Of a stretch of DNA of 64,000 nucleotides, positions 1 to 14,500 are shown one piece after another. The stretch lies in the NCBI GenBank assembly GCA_964016885.1, contig OZ024759.1, positions 2,790,001 to 2,854,000 on the forward strand, given 5' to 3'. Below the pieces are notes generated by a model. That model had not been told where the DNA came from. It did not search any database and saw only the letters and a list, made by a program, of their open reading frames with translations. The stretch's first letter is position 1; every line of letters starts with the position of its first letter. Made by a program: the position numbers and the translations under genes. This DNA comes from Eledone cirrhosa. Lineage: Eukaryota.

Positions 1-1620
1 AATGTTACTCCCAGTAATGTGACACCCAGTAATGTGACTGCCAGTAATGTGACTCCCAGAATATGACTCCCTGTAATGTGACACTAACTAATGTGACTTC
101 CAGTATGTGTCCTCCCAGTAATCTGACTGCCAGTAATGTGACTCCCAGTACGTTGACTCCCAGTAACGTGACTCCAACTAATTAGACACCCAGTAATTTG
201 ATTGCCAGCAATGTCACTGCCAGTAATTTGACTGCCAGTAATTTGACTGCCAGTAATTTGACTGCCAGTAATTTGACTGCCAGTAATTTGACTGCCAGTA
301 ATGTGACTCCCAATAATTTGACTGCCAGTAATTTGACTCCCAGTAATGTGAATCCCAGTAATGTGACTGCCAGTAATGTGACTTCCTGTAATGTTACTCC
401 CAGTAATATGACCCCCAGTAATTTCACTGCTAGTAATTTGACTGCCAGTATCCTGACTCCCAATAATGTGACTCCCAGTAATCTGACTCCCAGTAATGTG
501 ATTCCCAGTAATGTGACTCCGAATAATCTAACTCCGAGTAATATGACTCCCAGTAATGTGACTGCCAGTAATGTGACTGCTCGTAATGTGACTTCGAGTA
601 ATATGACTCCCAGTATTATGAGCTCCAGTAATATGAGCCCCAGTAATGTGACTGCCAGTAACGTGATTGTCAGTAATGTGACTGCCAGTATGTCTACTCC
701 CAGTAATGTGACTCACAGTAATTTGACTCCCATAATATGAATCCCTGTAATGTGACACCCACTAATGTGACTGCCAGTATGTGTACTCCCAGTAATGTGA
801 CTCCCTGTAACGTGACTCCCAGTAATTTGAATGTCATTCATTTGACTCCCAGTAAATTGACTGCTCGTAAAGTGACTCCCAGTAATTTGATTTCCAGTAA
901 TGTGACTCCGTGTAATGTGACTCCCAATAATTTGACTGCCAGTAATTTGACTGCCAGTAATGTGACTCCCAGTAATTTGATTTCCAGTAATGTGAGTCCC
1001 TGTAACGTGACTCCCACTAATTTGACTGCCATTAATATGACTCCCAATAATTTGACTGCAATTTTTGTGACTCCCAGTAATTTGACTCCCGGTATTGTGA
1101 CTACAAGTAATTTGACTCCCATTAATGTGACTACCAGTAATATGACTCCCAGTAATGTGACTGCCAGTAATGTGACTCCCAGTAATTGGACTCCAAGTAA
1201 AGTGACTCCCGATAATGTGACTTCCAGTAATTTGACTCCCAGTAATTTGCTTGACTACAATGTGACTGCCTGTAATTTGACTGCCACTAATTTGACTGCC
1301 ACTAATTTGACTGCCAGTATTGTGACTTCCATTAAGTTGACTCCCAGTAATTTGACTCCCAGTAATTTGACTCCCAGTAATTTGACTGCCAGTAATTTGA
1401 CTGCTAGTAATGTGACTGCTGGTAATTTGACTGCCAGTAATTTGACTGCCAGTAATGTGACTGCTGGTAATTTGACTGCCAGTAATTTGACTGCTAGTAA
1501 TGTGACTGCTGGTAATTTGACTGCCAGTAATTTGACTGCTAGTAATGTGACTGCTGGTAATTTGACTGCCAGTAATGTGACTTCCATTAAGTTGACTCCC
1601 AGTAATTTGACTCTCAGTAA
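1..1620 (+). repeat. 15-bp minisatellite, consensus ACT(C/G)CCAGTAAT(T/G)TG, about 108 units, runs off the left edge
   Basis: Direct 15-nt periodicity. The NLTAS/NVTPS ORFs are translations of the repeat. Confidence 0.97.
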
Positions 1621-2187
1621 AAAAAAACCCAAAAAACTATATGTATAAAAAAGAAACAAGGAAAAATTCACTAATGATGGTTGGAGACTTCCGAGGGTCA
1701 CTCATGACGAAAGCCTACAAAAACCCCACGGTTACCCTAATTGTTACGGCAAGTGCCCTCTTCCAATTCTCCTCGTATGTTACTACAGGCACATACTCAG
1801 GCAGGCCCATTCACACAGGCCATTCTTGCCTCTCTCACCCAGCTTTCAACAAACCGGCTGGAATGCAGCACTTCCCACTCCACCCTGATTTTCCTTTTCA
1901 GGTGAAACCTCAAAAAGTTAATGAGGGCGTCACTGAAGAGGAAAGTGCCGTTTTCATCCCTTTCAGAGGCGTGTACCATACAACCTCTTTTACCCTAGCC
2001 AGCAAGCAGATAAAAACTGCCTGCCCCTCCTGGTTAAAGGAGGGCAGCGGAGTGTTCTTCACGATGGATTCAGCTGATAGCCGGATACGTCCTACACATG
2101 ACAGTAGATGTTCAACATAAACCCACAAGTCAGCGATGCTCAGACACTGGACGAGTGCATGCAGGGCAGTTTCGTCACTCTGCACAC
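1621..2187 (-). mobile_element. Tx1/L1-like LINE 3' fragment (ORF2 C-terminus and part of the 3' UTR), degraded
   Basis: ORF 1910-2185 (DETALHALVQCLSIADLWVYVE...KEVVW) matches the ORF2 C-terminus of the element at 54.5-60 kb (DETVAHAFVHCPGIADLWGYVE...KEVVW). Confidence 0.85.
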
Positions 2188-2314
2188 ATAATAATAATAA
2201 TAGTTTCTGATTTAGTCACAAGGCCAACATATTTGGGGGCGGGGAAAGTCGATTAAATCAAGCCCAGTGCATTACTGGTACTTCATTTTACCGACCCGGT
2301 AAAAATGAAAGGCT
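2188..2314 (-). mobile_element. Partial SINE (3' half with ATT tail)
   Basis: Shares CACAAGGCC...ACTGGTACT...ATGAAAGGC with the SINE copies at 38.5-39.9 kb. Confidence 0.75.
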
Positions 2315-2449
2315 TTAAGTAATATTTGTTTCCCTTTTCATAAATTTACTTGTTTTTTTTTTACAAATACTGTATTGGTTTTATGTTTTGAACTGATAAT
2401 ATATAATAATAATAATTATGAATTTCAATATTTTATTCTTTTTCTAATA

Positions 2450-3790
2450 TTGGGAGTCAAATTACTGGGAGTCGCATTACTGGGAGTCTTATTACCGACA
2501 GTGAAATTACTGGCAGTCAAATTACTGGGAGTCGCATTACTGACAGTGAAATTACTGGCAGTCAAATTACTGGGAGTCGCATTACTGACAGTGAAATTAC
2601 TGGCAGTCAAATTACTGGGAGTCGCATTACTGACAGTGAAATTACTGGCAGTCAAATTACAGGGAGTCAAATTAGTGGGAGTCAAATTACTGGCAGTCAA
2701 ATTACTGGCAGTCAAATTACTGGGAGTCAAATTACTGGGGGTCAAATTACTGGGAGTCAAATTACTGGGGGTCAAATTACTGGCAGTCAAATTACTGGCA
2801 GTCAAATTACTGGGGGTCAAATTACTGGGAGTCAAATTACTGGGGGTCAAATTACTGGCAGTCAAATTACTGGCAGTCAAATTACTGGCAGTCAAATTAC
2901 TGGGAGTCAAATTACTGGCGGTCAAATTACTGGCAGTCAAATTACTGGCTGTCAAATGACTGGCAATCAAATTACAGGGAGTCAAATTACTGGGTGTCAA
3001 ATTACTGAGAGTCAAATTACTGGCAGTCAAATTACTGGGAGTCAAATTACTAGCAGTCAAATTACTGGCAGTCAAATTATTGGGAGTCAAATTACTGGGT
3101 GTCAAATTACTGGGAGTCAAATTACTGACAATCAAATTAATGGGAGTCAAATTACTGGGAGTCAAATTACTAGCAGTCAAATTACTGGCAGTCAAATTAC
3201 TGGGAGTCAAATTACTGGGAGTCAAATTACTGGAAGTCAAATTACTGGGAGTCAAATTACTGACAGTCAAATTAATGGGAGTCAAATTACTGGGAGTCAA
3301 ATTACTGGCAGTCAAATTACTGGCAGTCAAATTACTGGGAGTCAAATGACTGGCAATCAAATTACTGGGAGTCAAATTACTGGCTGTCAAATTACTCGCA
3401 GTCAAATTACTGGGAGTCAAATTACTCGCAGTCAAATTACTGGGAGTCAAATTACTGGCAGTCAAATTACTGGGAGTCAAATTACTGGCAGTCAAATTAC
3501 TGGGAGTCAAATTACTGGCAGTTAAATTACTGGCAGTCACATTGCTGACAATCAAATTACTGGCAGTCAAATTACTAGCAGTCACATTACTGGGAGTCAC
3601 ATTACTGGAAATCAAATTACTGGGAGTCACATTACTGGGAGTCACATTACTGGGAGTCACATTACCGGAAGTCAAATTACTGGCAGTCAAATTACTGGCA
3701 GTCAAATTACTGGGAGTCAAATTACTAGGAGTCAAATTACTGGGAGTCATATTACTAGGAGTCAAATTACTGGGAGTCAAATTACCTAGA
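2450..3790 (-). repeat. Same 15-bp minisatellite in inverted orientation (CAAATTACTGG(G/C)AGT), about 89 units, more homogeneous
   Basis: The unit is the reverse complement of the unit at 1-1620. Confidence 0.97.
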
Positions 3791-3809
3791 ACCATGCAGT
3801 ATATATATA

Positions 3810-5510
3810 AATCGTGAAGCTTAGCTTATCTGTAGGAAGTAGACAGGTGACAATTATATCTACCTATGCACCACAGGTAGGACTGGGTAAAGAACAAAAA
3901 GACAGGTTCTATGAGGATCTTTTACTGACAACTTCAGGTATTGATGAAAGAGACGTCATCATCTTGGCAGGTGACTTCAATGGACATGTGAGACAGTACC
4001 AAGATGGATTCAGTGGAGTTCATGGTAGCTATGGTTATGGCTCAAGGAATGAGGAGGGGCTGAGACTCCTGGAATTCTGGGATGCAAATAAACTAACGAT
4101 TTGCAACACAAATTTCAGGAAACTACTCAACCACCTGATTTCATATTGATTACTTGTATCGATTTCATAACACACAAGCCAAATCGATTACTGTAATAAA
4201 TACTAAAGTCCTTCCCTGGGGAAGACTGCACCACCCAGCACAACTTAGGTACTACTGACATCAAAATAAACAAAAGACAGAACAAGATATGCAGGAAAAT
4301 ATGGAGACGGAACATGTGGAAGTTAAAGGACCTCTCAGTTAAATATAGGTTTAGAAAGGCCCTATGGGATACACTTAATGAGAGGGTTGATGTCTAGATA
4401 CATATAACGTAGAGGGCAGCTGGAGTAGAGCACCAGCCAGACATAGGGTGACCTGGTAGTGGAACAACACAATAGATACAGCCAAGAAACAGGCATGTAA
4501 ATGGGGGAAATGGGGGTAACATAGACCAGTAGCAAGTAACTGAGGAAGAAACTAGGCAACAGGTATACACAGCTTGGAGAGAGGCTTAAGAAAGGAAATT
4601 TGTCAATGTGTTAGACACGGGTGTATTTAGTATGACTGATGTTCCAAAGAAAGAGGCCTGGAAATATTACTATGAGAGATTGATGAATGGGAGGAAAAGA
4701 AACCTCCTCTAACTTACCCAAAGGAAGGACCAGCTATTGAAGTTGATAGTTTTAGGGTCAAATATGTAACAAGGAGGGCAAAGGTGATGCTCCAGAAAGG
4801 AGCAACTATAGAGGAATAAAACTAACGGACCAAGTTATGAAAGTAATAGAAAGAGTTATAGCACAACTGATTAGGGAAAGAGTCACAACAGATGGGATGC
4901 AGTTTGGTTTCATGCCTGGGAAAAGTACTACAAATGCACTTTTTTTAGTGAAGCAACTACAATAGAAGTTCCTAGCTAAAAATAAACCACTATATTTAGC
5001 TTTTGTTGACCCAGAGAAGGCCTTTGACAGTGTACCCCGATCTGGTGGTCCTTAAGGAAATTAGGTGCAGAAGAATGACTTGTGAGAGTAGAAAATGAGT
5101 TTGGTGAGGAATTTGAGATACAGGTAGGAGTTCATCAAGGTTGAGCTCTTAGCCCACTGCTGTCCATCATAGATCTTCAGACGAGTTGAAAATAGGCTGC
5201 CCATGGGAAGAGGGTGTGCCGAAAATATAATAGCTAGAATAAGAATAGGATGGAAGAAGTTTAGAGAACAACTCCCACTGTTGACAAAAGGTTTCTCCTT
5301 ACTTACAGAAGGAAGACTGTGTGCAATGCTGCATGGTAGTGAAACATGGGCCCTGACTGATGAGGACTTGCATAGACTGGAGAGAAATGAAGCAACAATG
5401 CTCCATTGGAGATGTGCTAGTGTTGAAAGGAGCGATTATAAAGGAATAAAGATTATGGATCAAGTTATAAAAGTGACAGCTAATTAGGGAAACAGTCTAT
5501 ATTGATGAAA
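3810..5510 (+). mobile_element. Degraded RTE-clade LINE with internal deletions and rearrangement
   Basis: APE motifs YAPQVG, GDFNGH and RNEEG; RT remnants (NYRGIKL, AFVDxEKAFD, GVHQG, MLHGSETWAL); stops and frameshifts. The RT segment at about 4797-4885 recurs at about 5425-5500. Confidence 0.9.
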
Positions 5511-8500
5511 GACACAGTCTATGTCATTAACCCTTTCAGTACCATATTTCTAATGAAAGACACTGTCTATGTCTTTAACCTTTCCATTACCATATTTCTA
5601 ATGAAAGACACTGTCTATGTCATTAACCCTTTCATTACCATATTTCTAATGAAAGACACTGTCTATGTCTTTAACCTTTCCATTACCATATTTCTAATGA
5701 AAGACACTGTCTATGTCATTAACCCTTCCATTACCATATTTCTAATAAAAGACACTGTCTATGTCATTAACCCTTTCATTGCCATATATGAAATGAAAAA
5801 TACTGTCTATGTCATTAACCCTTTCATTAACACATTTCTAAAAAAAAGACACAGTCTATGCGTTAACCCTTTCACTACCATATTTCTAACGAGAGATATT
5901 GTCTATGTCATTAACCCTTTCATTACCATATTTCTAATGAAAGACACTGTCTATGTCATTAACCCTTTCATTACCATATATCTAATGAAAGATACTGTCT
6001 ATGTCATTAACCCTTTCATTACCATATTTCTAACGAAAGACACTGTCTATGTCATTAACCCTTTCATTACCATATATCTAATGAAAGACACTGTCTATGT
6101 CATTAACCCTTTCATTACCATATTTCTAATGAAAGACACTGTCTATTTCATTAACCCTTTGATTACCATATTTCTAATGAAAGACACTGTCTATTTCATT
6201 ATCCCATCCATTACCATATTTCTAATGAAAGACACTGTCTATGTCATTAACCCTTACATTACCATATTACTAATGAAAGACACTGTCTATTGTGTTACCA
6301 TATTTCTAATGAAAGACACTGTCTATGTCATTAACCCTTTCATTAACATATTTCTAATGAAAGACACTGTCTATGACATTAACCCTTCCATTACCATATA
6401 TATAATGAAAGACACTGCTATGTTATTAACCCTTTCATTAACATATTTCTAATGAAAGAAACTGTCTATGTCATTACCCTTTTCATTACCATATTTCTAA
6501 TGGAAGACACTGTGTATGTCATTAACCCTTTCATTACGATATTCCTAATGAAAGACACTGTGTATGTCATTAACCCGTTCATTACTATATTTCTAAAAAA
6601 GACACTGTCTATGTTATTAACCCTTTCATTACTATATTTCTAATGAAAGACACTGTCTATGTCCTTAACTCTTTCATTACCATATCTCTAATGAAAGTCA
6701 CTGTCTATGTCATTAACCCTTTCATGATCATATTTCTAATTAAAGACACTACTTATGTCATTAAAGCTTTCATTACCATATTTCTAATGAAAGACACTAT
6801 CTATGTCATTACCCCTTTCATTACCATATATCTAATGAAAGACACTGTCTATGTCATTAACCGTTTAATTGCCATATATCAAATGAAAAATACTGTCTAT
6901 GTCATTAACCCTTTCATTACCACATTTCTAATAAACAGACACAGTCTATGTTATTAACCCTTTCATTACCATATTTCCAACGAAAGACAGTCTAGGTCAT
7001 TAACCCTTTCATGATCTTATTTTTAATGAAAGACACTGTCTATGTCATTAACCCTTTCATTACCATATTTCTAATGAAAGACACTGTCTATTTCATTAAC
7101 CTGTTCATAATTATATTTCTAAAAAAGACACTGCCTATGTCATTAACCCTTTCATTACCATATTTCTAATGAAATCCACTGTCTAAGTCTTTAACCTTTC
7201 CATTACCATATTTCTAATGAAAGAAACTGTCTATGTCATTAACCATTTCCTTACCATATTTCTAATGAAAGACACTGTCTATGTCATTAACCCTTTCATT
7301 ACCATATTTCTAATGAAATCCACTGTCTACGTCTTTAACCTTTCCATTACCATATTTCTAATGAAAGAAACTGTCTATGTCATTAACCATTTCCTTACCA
7401 TATTTCTAATGAAAGAAACTGTCTATGTCATTACCCTTTTCATTACCATATTTCTAATGAAAGACTCTGTGTATGTCATTAACCTGTTCATTACTATATT
7501 TCTAATAAAGACACTGTCTATGTTATTAACCCTTTCATTACTATATTTCTAATGAAAGACACTGTCTATGTCATTAACCCTTTCATTACCATATTTCTAA
7601 TGAAAGACACTGTCTATGTCATTAACCCTTTCATTAACATATTTCTAATGAAAGAAACTGTCTATGTCATTACCCTTTTCATTACCATATTTCTAATGAA
7701 AGACTCTGTGTATGTCATTAACCCGTTCATTACTATATTTCTAAAAAAGACACTGTCTATGTTATTAACCCTTTCATTACTATATTTCTAATGAAAGACA
7801 CTGTCTATGTCCTTAACTCTTTCATTACCATATCTCTAATGAAAGACACTGTCTATGTGATTAACCCTTTCATTACCATATTTCTAACGAAAGACACTGT
7901 CTATGTCATTAACCCTTTCATTACCATATTTCTAATGAAATCCACTGTCTATGTCATTAACCCTTTCATTACCATATTTCTAACGAAAGACACTGTCTAT
8001 GTCATTAACCCTTGCATTACCATATTTCTAATGAAAGACACTGTCTATGTCTGTAACCTTTCCATTGCCATATTTCTAATGAAAGAAACTGTCTATGTCA
8101 TTAACCCTTCCATTACCATATTTCTAATGAAAGACACTGTCTATGACATTAACCCTTTCATGATCATATTTCTAATTAAAGACACTACTTATATCATTAA
8201 ACCTTTCATTACCATATTTCTAATGAAAGACACTATCTATGTCATTACCCCTTTCATTACCATATATCAAATGAAAAATACTGTCTATGTCATTAACCCT
8301 TTCATTACCACATTTCTAATAAACAGACACAGTCTATGCATTAACCCTTTCACTACCATATTTCTAACGAGAGAGATTGTCTATGTCATTAACCCTTTCA
8401 TTACCATATTTCTAATGAAAGACACTGTCTATGTCATTACCCCTTTCATTACCATATATCTAATGAAAGACACTGTCTATGTCATTAACCCTTTCATTAC

Positions 8501-11500
8501 CATATTTCTAATGAAAGACACTGTCTATTTCATTAACCCTTTGATTACCATATTTCTAATGAAAGACACTGTCTATTTCATTAACCCTTCCATTACCATA
8601 TATATAATGAAAGACACTGCTATGTTATTAACCCTTTCATTAACATATTTCTAATGAAAGAAACTGTCTATGTCATTACCCTTTTCATTACCATATTTCT
8701 AATGAAAGACACTGTGTATGTCATTAACCCTTTCATTACGATATTCCTAATGAAAGACACTGTGTATGTCATTAATCCGTTCATTACTATATTTCTAAAA
8801 AAGACACTGTCTATGTTATTAACCCTTTCATTACCATATTTCTAATGAAAGACACTGTCTATGTCCTTAACTCTTTCATTACCATATCTCTAATGAAAGA
8901 CACTGTCTATGTCATTAACCCTTTCATTACCATATTTCTAATGAAAGACACTGTCTATGTCATTAACCCTTTCATTACCATATTTCTAATGAAATCCACT
9001 GTCTATGTCTTTAACCTTTCCATTGCCATATTTCTAATGAAAGAAACTGTCTATGTCATTAACCATTTCATGATCATATTTCTAATTAAAGACACTACTT
9101 ATGTCATTAAACCTTTCATTACCATATTTCTAATGAAAGACACTATCTATGTCATTACCCCTTACATTACCATATATCTAATGAAAGACACTGTCTATGT
9201 CATTAACCCTATCATTGCCATATATCAAATGAAAAATACTGTCTATGTCATTAACCCTTTCATTACCACGTTTCTAATAAACAGACACAGTCTATGCATT
9301 AACCCTTTCACTACCATATTTCTAACGAGAGAGATTGTCTATGTCATTAACCCTTTCATTACCATATTTCTAGTGAAAGACAATGTCTATGTCAGTAACC
9401 CTTTCATTACCTTATTTCTAATGAAAGACACTGTCTATGTCATTAACCCTTTCATTACCATATTTCTAATGAAAGACACTGTCTATTTCATTAACCCATC
9501 CATTACCATATTACTAATGAAAGACACTGTCTATTATTTCTAATGAAAGACACTGTCTATGTCATTAACCCTTTCATTACCATATTTCTAATGAAATCCA
9601 CTGTCTATGTCTTTTATCTTTCCATTACCATATTTCTAATGAAAGAAACTGTCTATGTCATTAACCCTTCCATTACCATATTTCTAATGAAAGGCACTGT
9701 CTATGTCATTAACCCTTTCATTACCATATTTCTAATGAAAGACACTATCTATGTCATTACCCCTTTCATTACCATATATCTAATGAAAGACACTGTCTAT
9801 TTCATTAACCCTTTCATTACCACATTTCTAATAAACAGACACAGTCTATGCATTAACCCTTTCACTACCATATTTCTAACGAGAGAGATTGTCTATGTCA
9901 TTAACCCTTTCATTACCATATTTCTAATGAAAGACACTGTCTATGTCATTACCCCTTTCATTACCATATATCTAATGAAAGACACTGTCTATGTCATTAA
10001 CCCTTTCATTACCATATTTCTAATGAAAGACACTGTCTATTTCATTAACCCTTTGATTACCATATTTCTAATGAAAGACACTGTCTATGTCATTAACCCT
10101 TTCATTACCATATTTCTAATGAAAGACACTGTCTATTTCATTATCCCATCCATTACCATATTTCTAATGAAAGACACTGTCTATGTCATTAACCCTTTCA
10201 TTAACATATTTCTAATGAAAGACACTGTCTATGTCTTTAACCCATTCATTACCATATTTCTAATGAAAGACACTGTCTATGTCATTAACCCTTCCATTAC
10301 CATATTTCTATTGAAAGACACTGTCTATGTCATTAATCCTTTCATTACCAGATTTCTAATGAAAGACACAGTCTATGTCATTGACCCTTTCATTACCATA
10401 TTTCTAATGAAAGACACTGTCTATGTCATTAACCCTTCCATTACCATATTTCTATTGAATGACACTGTGTATGTCATTAATCCTTTCATTACCAGATTTC
10501 TAATGAAGGACACTGTCTATGTCATTAACCCTTTCATTAAGATATTTTTAATGATATACATTGTCTACGTCATTAACCCTTTTATTACCATATATCTAAT
10601 GAAAGACACTATTCATGTCATTAACCCTTACATTACCATATTTCTAATGAAAGACACAGTCTATGTCATTAACCCTTTCATTACTATATTTCTAATTAAA
10701 GACACAGTCTATGTCATTAACATCTTTCTTTACCATATTTCTAACAAAAGACACTGTCTACGTCATTAACCCTTTCATTACCATATTTCTAATGAAAGAC
10801 ATTGTCTATGTCATTAACCCTTTTATTACCATATTTCTAATGAAAGACACTGTCTACGTCATTAACCCTTTCATTACCATATTTCTAATGAAAGACACTG
10901 TCTATGTCATTGACCCTTTCATTACCATATTTCTAATAAAAGACACTGTCTGTGTCATTAACCCTTTCCTTAACATATTTTTATGAAAGACACTGTCTAT
11001 GTCATTAACCCTTTCATTACCATATTTCTAACAAAAGACACTCTCTATGTCATTAACCCTTTCATTACCATATTTCTAATGAAAGGCACTGTCTATGTCA
11101 TTAATCCTTTCATTACCATATTTCTAATTAAATACACTGTCAACGTCATTAACCCTTTCATTACCATATTTCTAATGAAAGACACAGTCCATGTCATTAA
11201 CCCTTCCATTACAATATTTCTAACAAAAGAGACTGTCTATGTCCTTAACCCTTTCATTACCATATTTCTAGTGAAAGACACTGTCTATGTCATTAACCCT
11301 TCCATTACCATATTTCTAATGAAAGACACTGTCATGTCATTAACTCTTCCATTACCATATTTCTAATGAAAGACACTGTCTATGTCATTAACCCTTTCAT
11401 TACCATATTTCTAATGAAAGACACTGTCTATGTCATTAACCCTTTCATTACCATATTTCTAATGAAAGACACAGTCTATGTCATTAATCTTTTCATTACC

Positions 11501-14500
11501 ATATTTCTAATGAAAGTCACTGTCTATGTCATTAACCCTTTCGTTACCATATTTCTAATGAAAGACACTGTCTATGTCATTAACCCTTTCATTACCCTAT
11601 TTCTGATGAAAGACACTGTCTATGTCATTAATCATTTCCTTATCATATTTCTAATGAAAGACATTGTCTGTGTCAATTACCCTTTCATTACCATATTTCT
11701 AATGAAAGACACTGTCTATGTCATTAACCCTTTCATTACCATATTTCTAATGAAAGACACTGTCTACGTCATTAACACTTTCATTACCATATTTCTAATG
11801 AAGACACTGTCTATGTCATTAACCCTTTCATTACCATATTTCTATTGAAAGACACTGTCTATGTCATTAACCCTTTCATTACCATATTTCTAATGAAAGA
11901 CACTGTCTATGTCATTAACCCTTTCATTACCATATTTCTATTGAAAGACACTGTATATGTCATTAACCCTTTCATTACCATATTTCTAATGAAAGTCACT
12001 ACCTATATCATTAACCCCTTCATTACCATATTTCTATTGAAAGACACTGTCTATGTCATTAACCCTTTCATTACCATATTTCTAATGAAAGGCACTGTCT
12101 ATGTCATTAACCCTTTCATTACCATATTTCTAATGAAAGACACTGTCTATGTCATTAACCCTTTCATTATCATATTTCTAACGAAAGACACTGTCTATGT
12201 CATTAACCCTTTCATTACCATATTTCTAATGAAAGGCACTGTCTATGTCATTAACCCTTTCATTACCATATTTCTAATGAAAGACACTGTTTATGTCATT
12301 AACCCTTTCATTACCATATTTCTAATGAAAGGCACTGTCTATGTCATTAACCCTTTCATTACCATATTTCTAATGAAAGGCACTGTCTATGTCATTAACC
12401 CTTTCATTACCATATTTCTAATGAAAGACACTGTTTATGTCATTAACCCTTTCATTACCATATTTCTAATGAAAGGCACTGTCTATGTCATTAACCCTTT
12501 CATTACCATATTTCTAATGAAAGACACTGTTTATGTCATTAACCCTATCATTATCATATTTCTAACGAAAGACACTGTCTATGTCATTAACCCGTTCATT
12601 AACATATTTCTAATGAAAGGCACTGTCTATGTCATTAACCCTATCATTATCATATTTCTAACGAAAGACACTGTCTATGTCATTAACCCTTTCATTACCA
12701 TATTTCTAATGAAATCCACTGTCTATTTCATTAACCCTTTGATTACCATATTTCTAATGAAAGACACTGTCTATGTCATTAACCCTTTCATTACCATATT
12801 TCTAATGAAAGACACTGTCTATGACATTAACCCTTTCATGATCATATTTCTAATTAAAGACACTACTTATGTCATTAAACCTTTCATTACCATATTTCTA
12901 ATGAAAGACACTATCTATGTCATAACCCCTTTCATTACCATATATCAAATGAAAAATACTGTCTATGTCATTAACCCTTTCATTACCACATTTCTAATAA
13001 ACAGACACAGTCTATGCATTAACCCTTTCACTACCATATTTCTAACGAGAGAGATTGTCTATGTCATTAACCCTTTCATTACCATATTTCTAATGAAAGA
13101 CACTGTCTATGTCATTACCCCTTTCATTACCATATATCTAATGAAAGACACTGTCTATGTCATTAACCCTTTCATTACCATATTTCTAATGATAGACACT
13201 GTCTATTTCATTAACCCTTTGATTACCATATTTATAATGAAAGACACTGTCTATGTCATTAACCCTTTCATTACCATATTTCTAATGAAAGACACTGTCT
13301 ATTTCATTATCCCATCCATTACCATATTTCTAATGAAAGACACTGTCTATGTCATTAACCCTTTCATTAACATATTTCTAATGAAAGACACTGTCTATGT
13401 CTTTAACCCATTCATTACCATATTTCTAATGAAAGACACTGTCTATGTCATTAACCCTTCCATTACCATATTTCTATTGAAAGACACTGTCTATGTCATT
13501 AATCCTTTCATTACCAGATTTCTAATGAAAGACACAGTCTATGTCATTGACCCTTTCATTACCATATTTCTAATGAAAGACACTGTCTATGTCATTAACC
13601 CTTCCATTACCATATTTCTATTGAAAGACACTGTCTATGTCATTAATCCTTTCATTACCAGATTTCTAATGAAAGACACAGTCTATGTCATTGACCCTTT
13701 CATTACCATATTTCTAATGAAAGACACTGTCTATGTCATTAACCCTTCCATTACCATATTTCTATTGAAAGACACTGTCTATGTCATTAATCCTTTCATT
13801 ACCAGATTTCTAATGAAAGACACTGTCTATGTCATTAACCCTTTCATTAAGATATTTTTAATGATATACATTGTCTACGTCATTAACCCTTTTATTACCA
13901 TATATCTAATGAAAGACACTATTCATGTCATTAACGCTTACATTACCATATTTCTAATGAAAGACACAGTCTACGTCATTAACCCTTTCATTACTATATT
14001 TCTAATTAAAGACACAGTCTATGTCATTAACCCTTTTATTACCATATTTCTAACAAAAGACACTGTCTACGTCATTAACCCTTTTATTACCATATTTCTA
14101 ATGAAAGACACTGTCTATGTCATTGACCCTTTCATTACCATATTTCTAATAAAAGACACTGTCTGTGTCATTAACCCTTTCTTTAACATATTTTTATGAA
14201 AGACACTGTCTATGTCATTAACCCTTTCATTACCATATTTCTAACAAAAGACACTCTCTATGTCATTAACCCTTTCATTACCATATTTCTAATGAAAGGC
14301 ACTGTCTATGTCATTAATCCTTTCATTACCATATTTCTAATTAAATACACTGTCAACGTTATTAACCCTTTCATTACCATATTTCTAATGAAAGACACAG
14401 TCAATGTCATTAACCCTTCCATTACAATATTTCTAACAAAAGAGACTGTCTATGTCCTTAACCCTTTCATTACCATATTTCTAGTGAAAGACACTGTCTA

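Noticed and set aside
198-3817. NLTAS/NLTPS ORFs as pentapeptide-repeat or mucin-like proteins
   Set aside because: These are translations of a 15-bp minisatellite, open on both strands, with no unique domains or splice structure.
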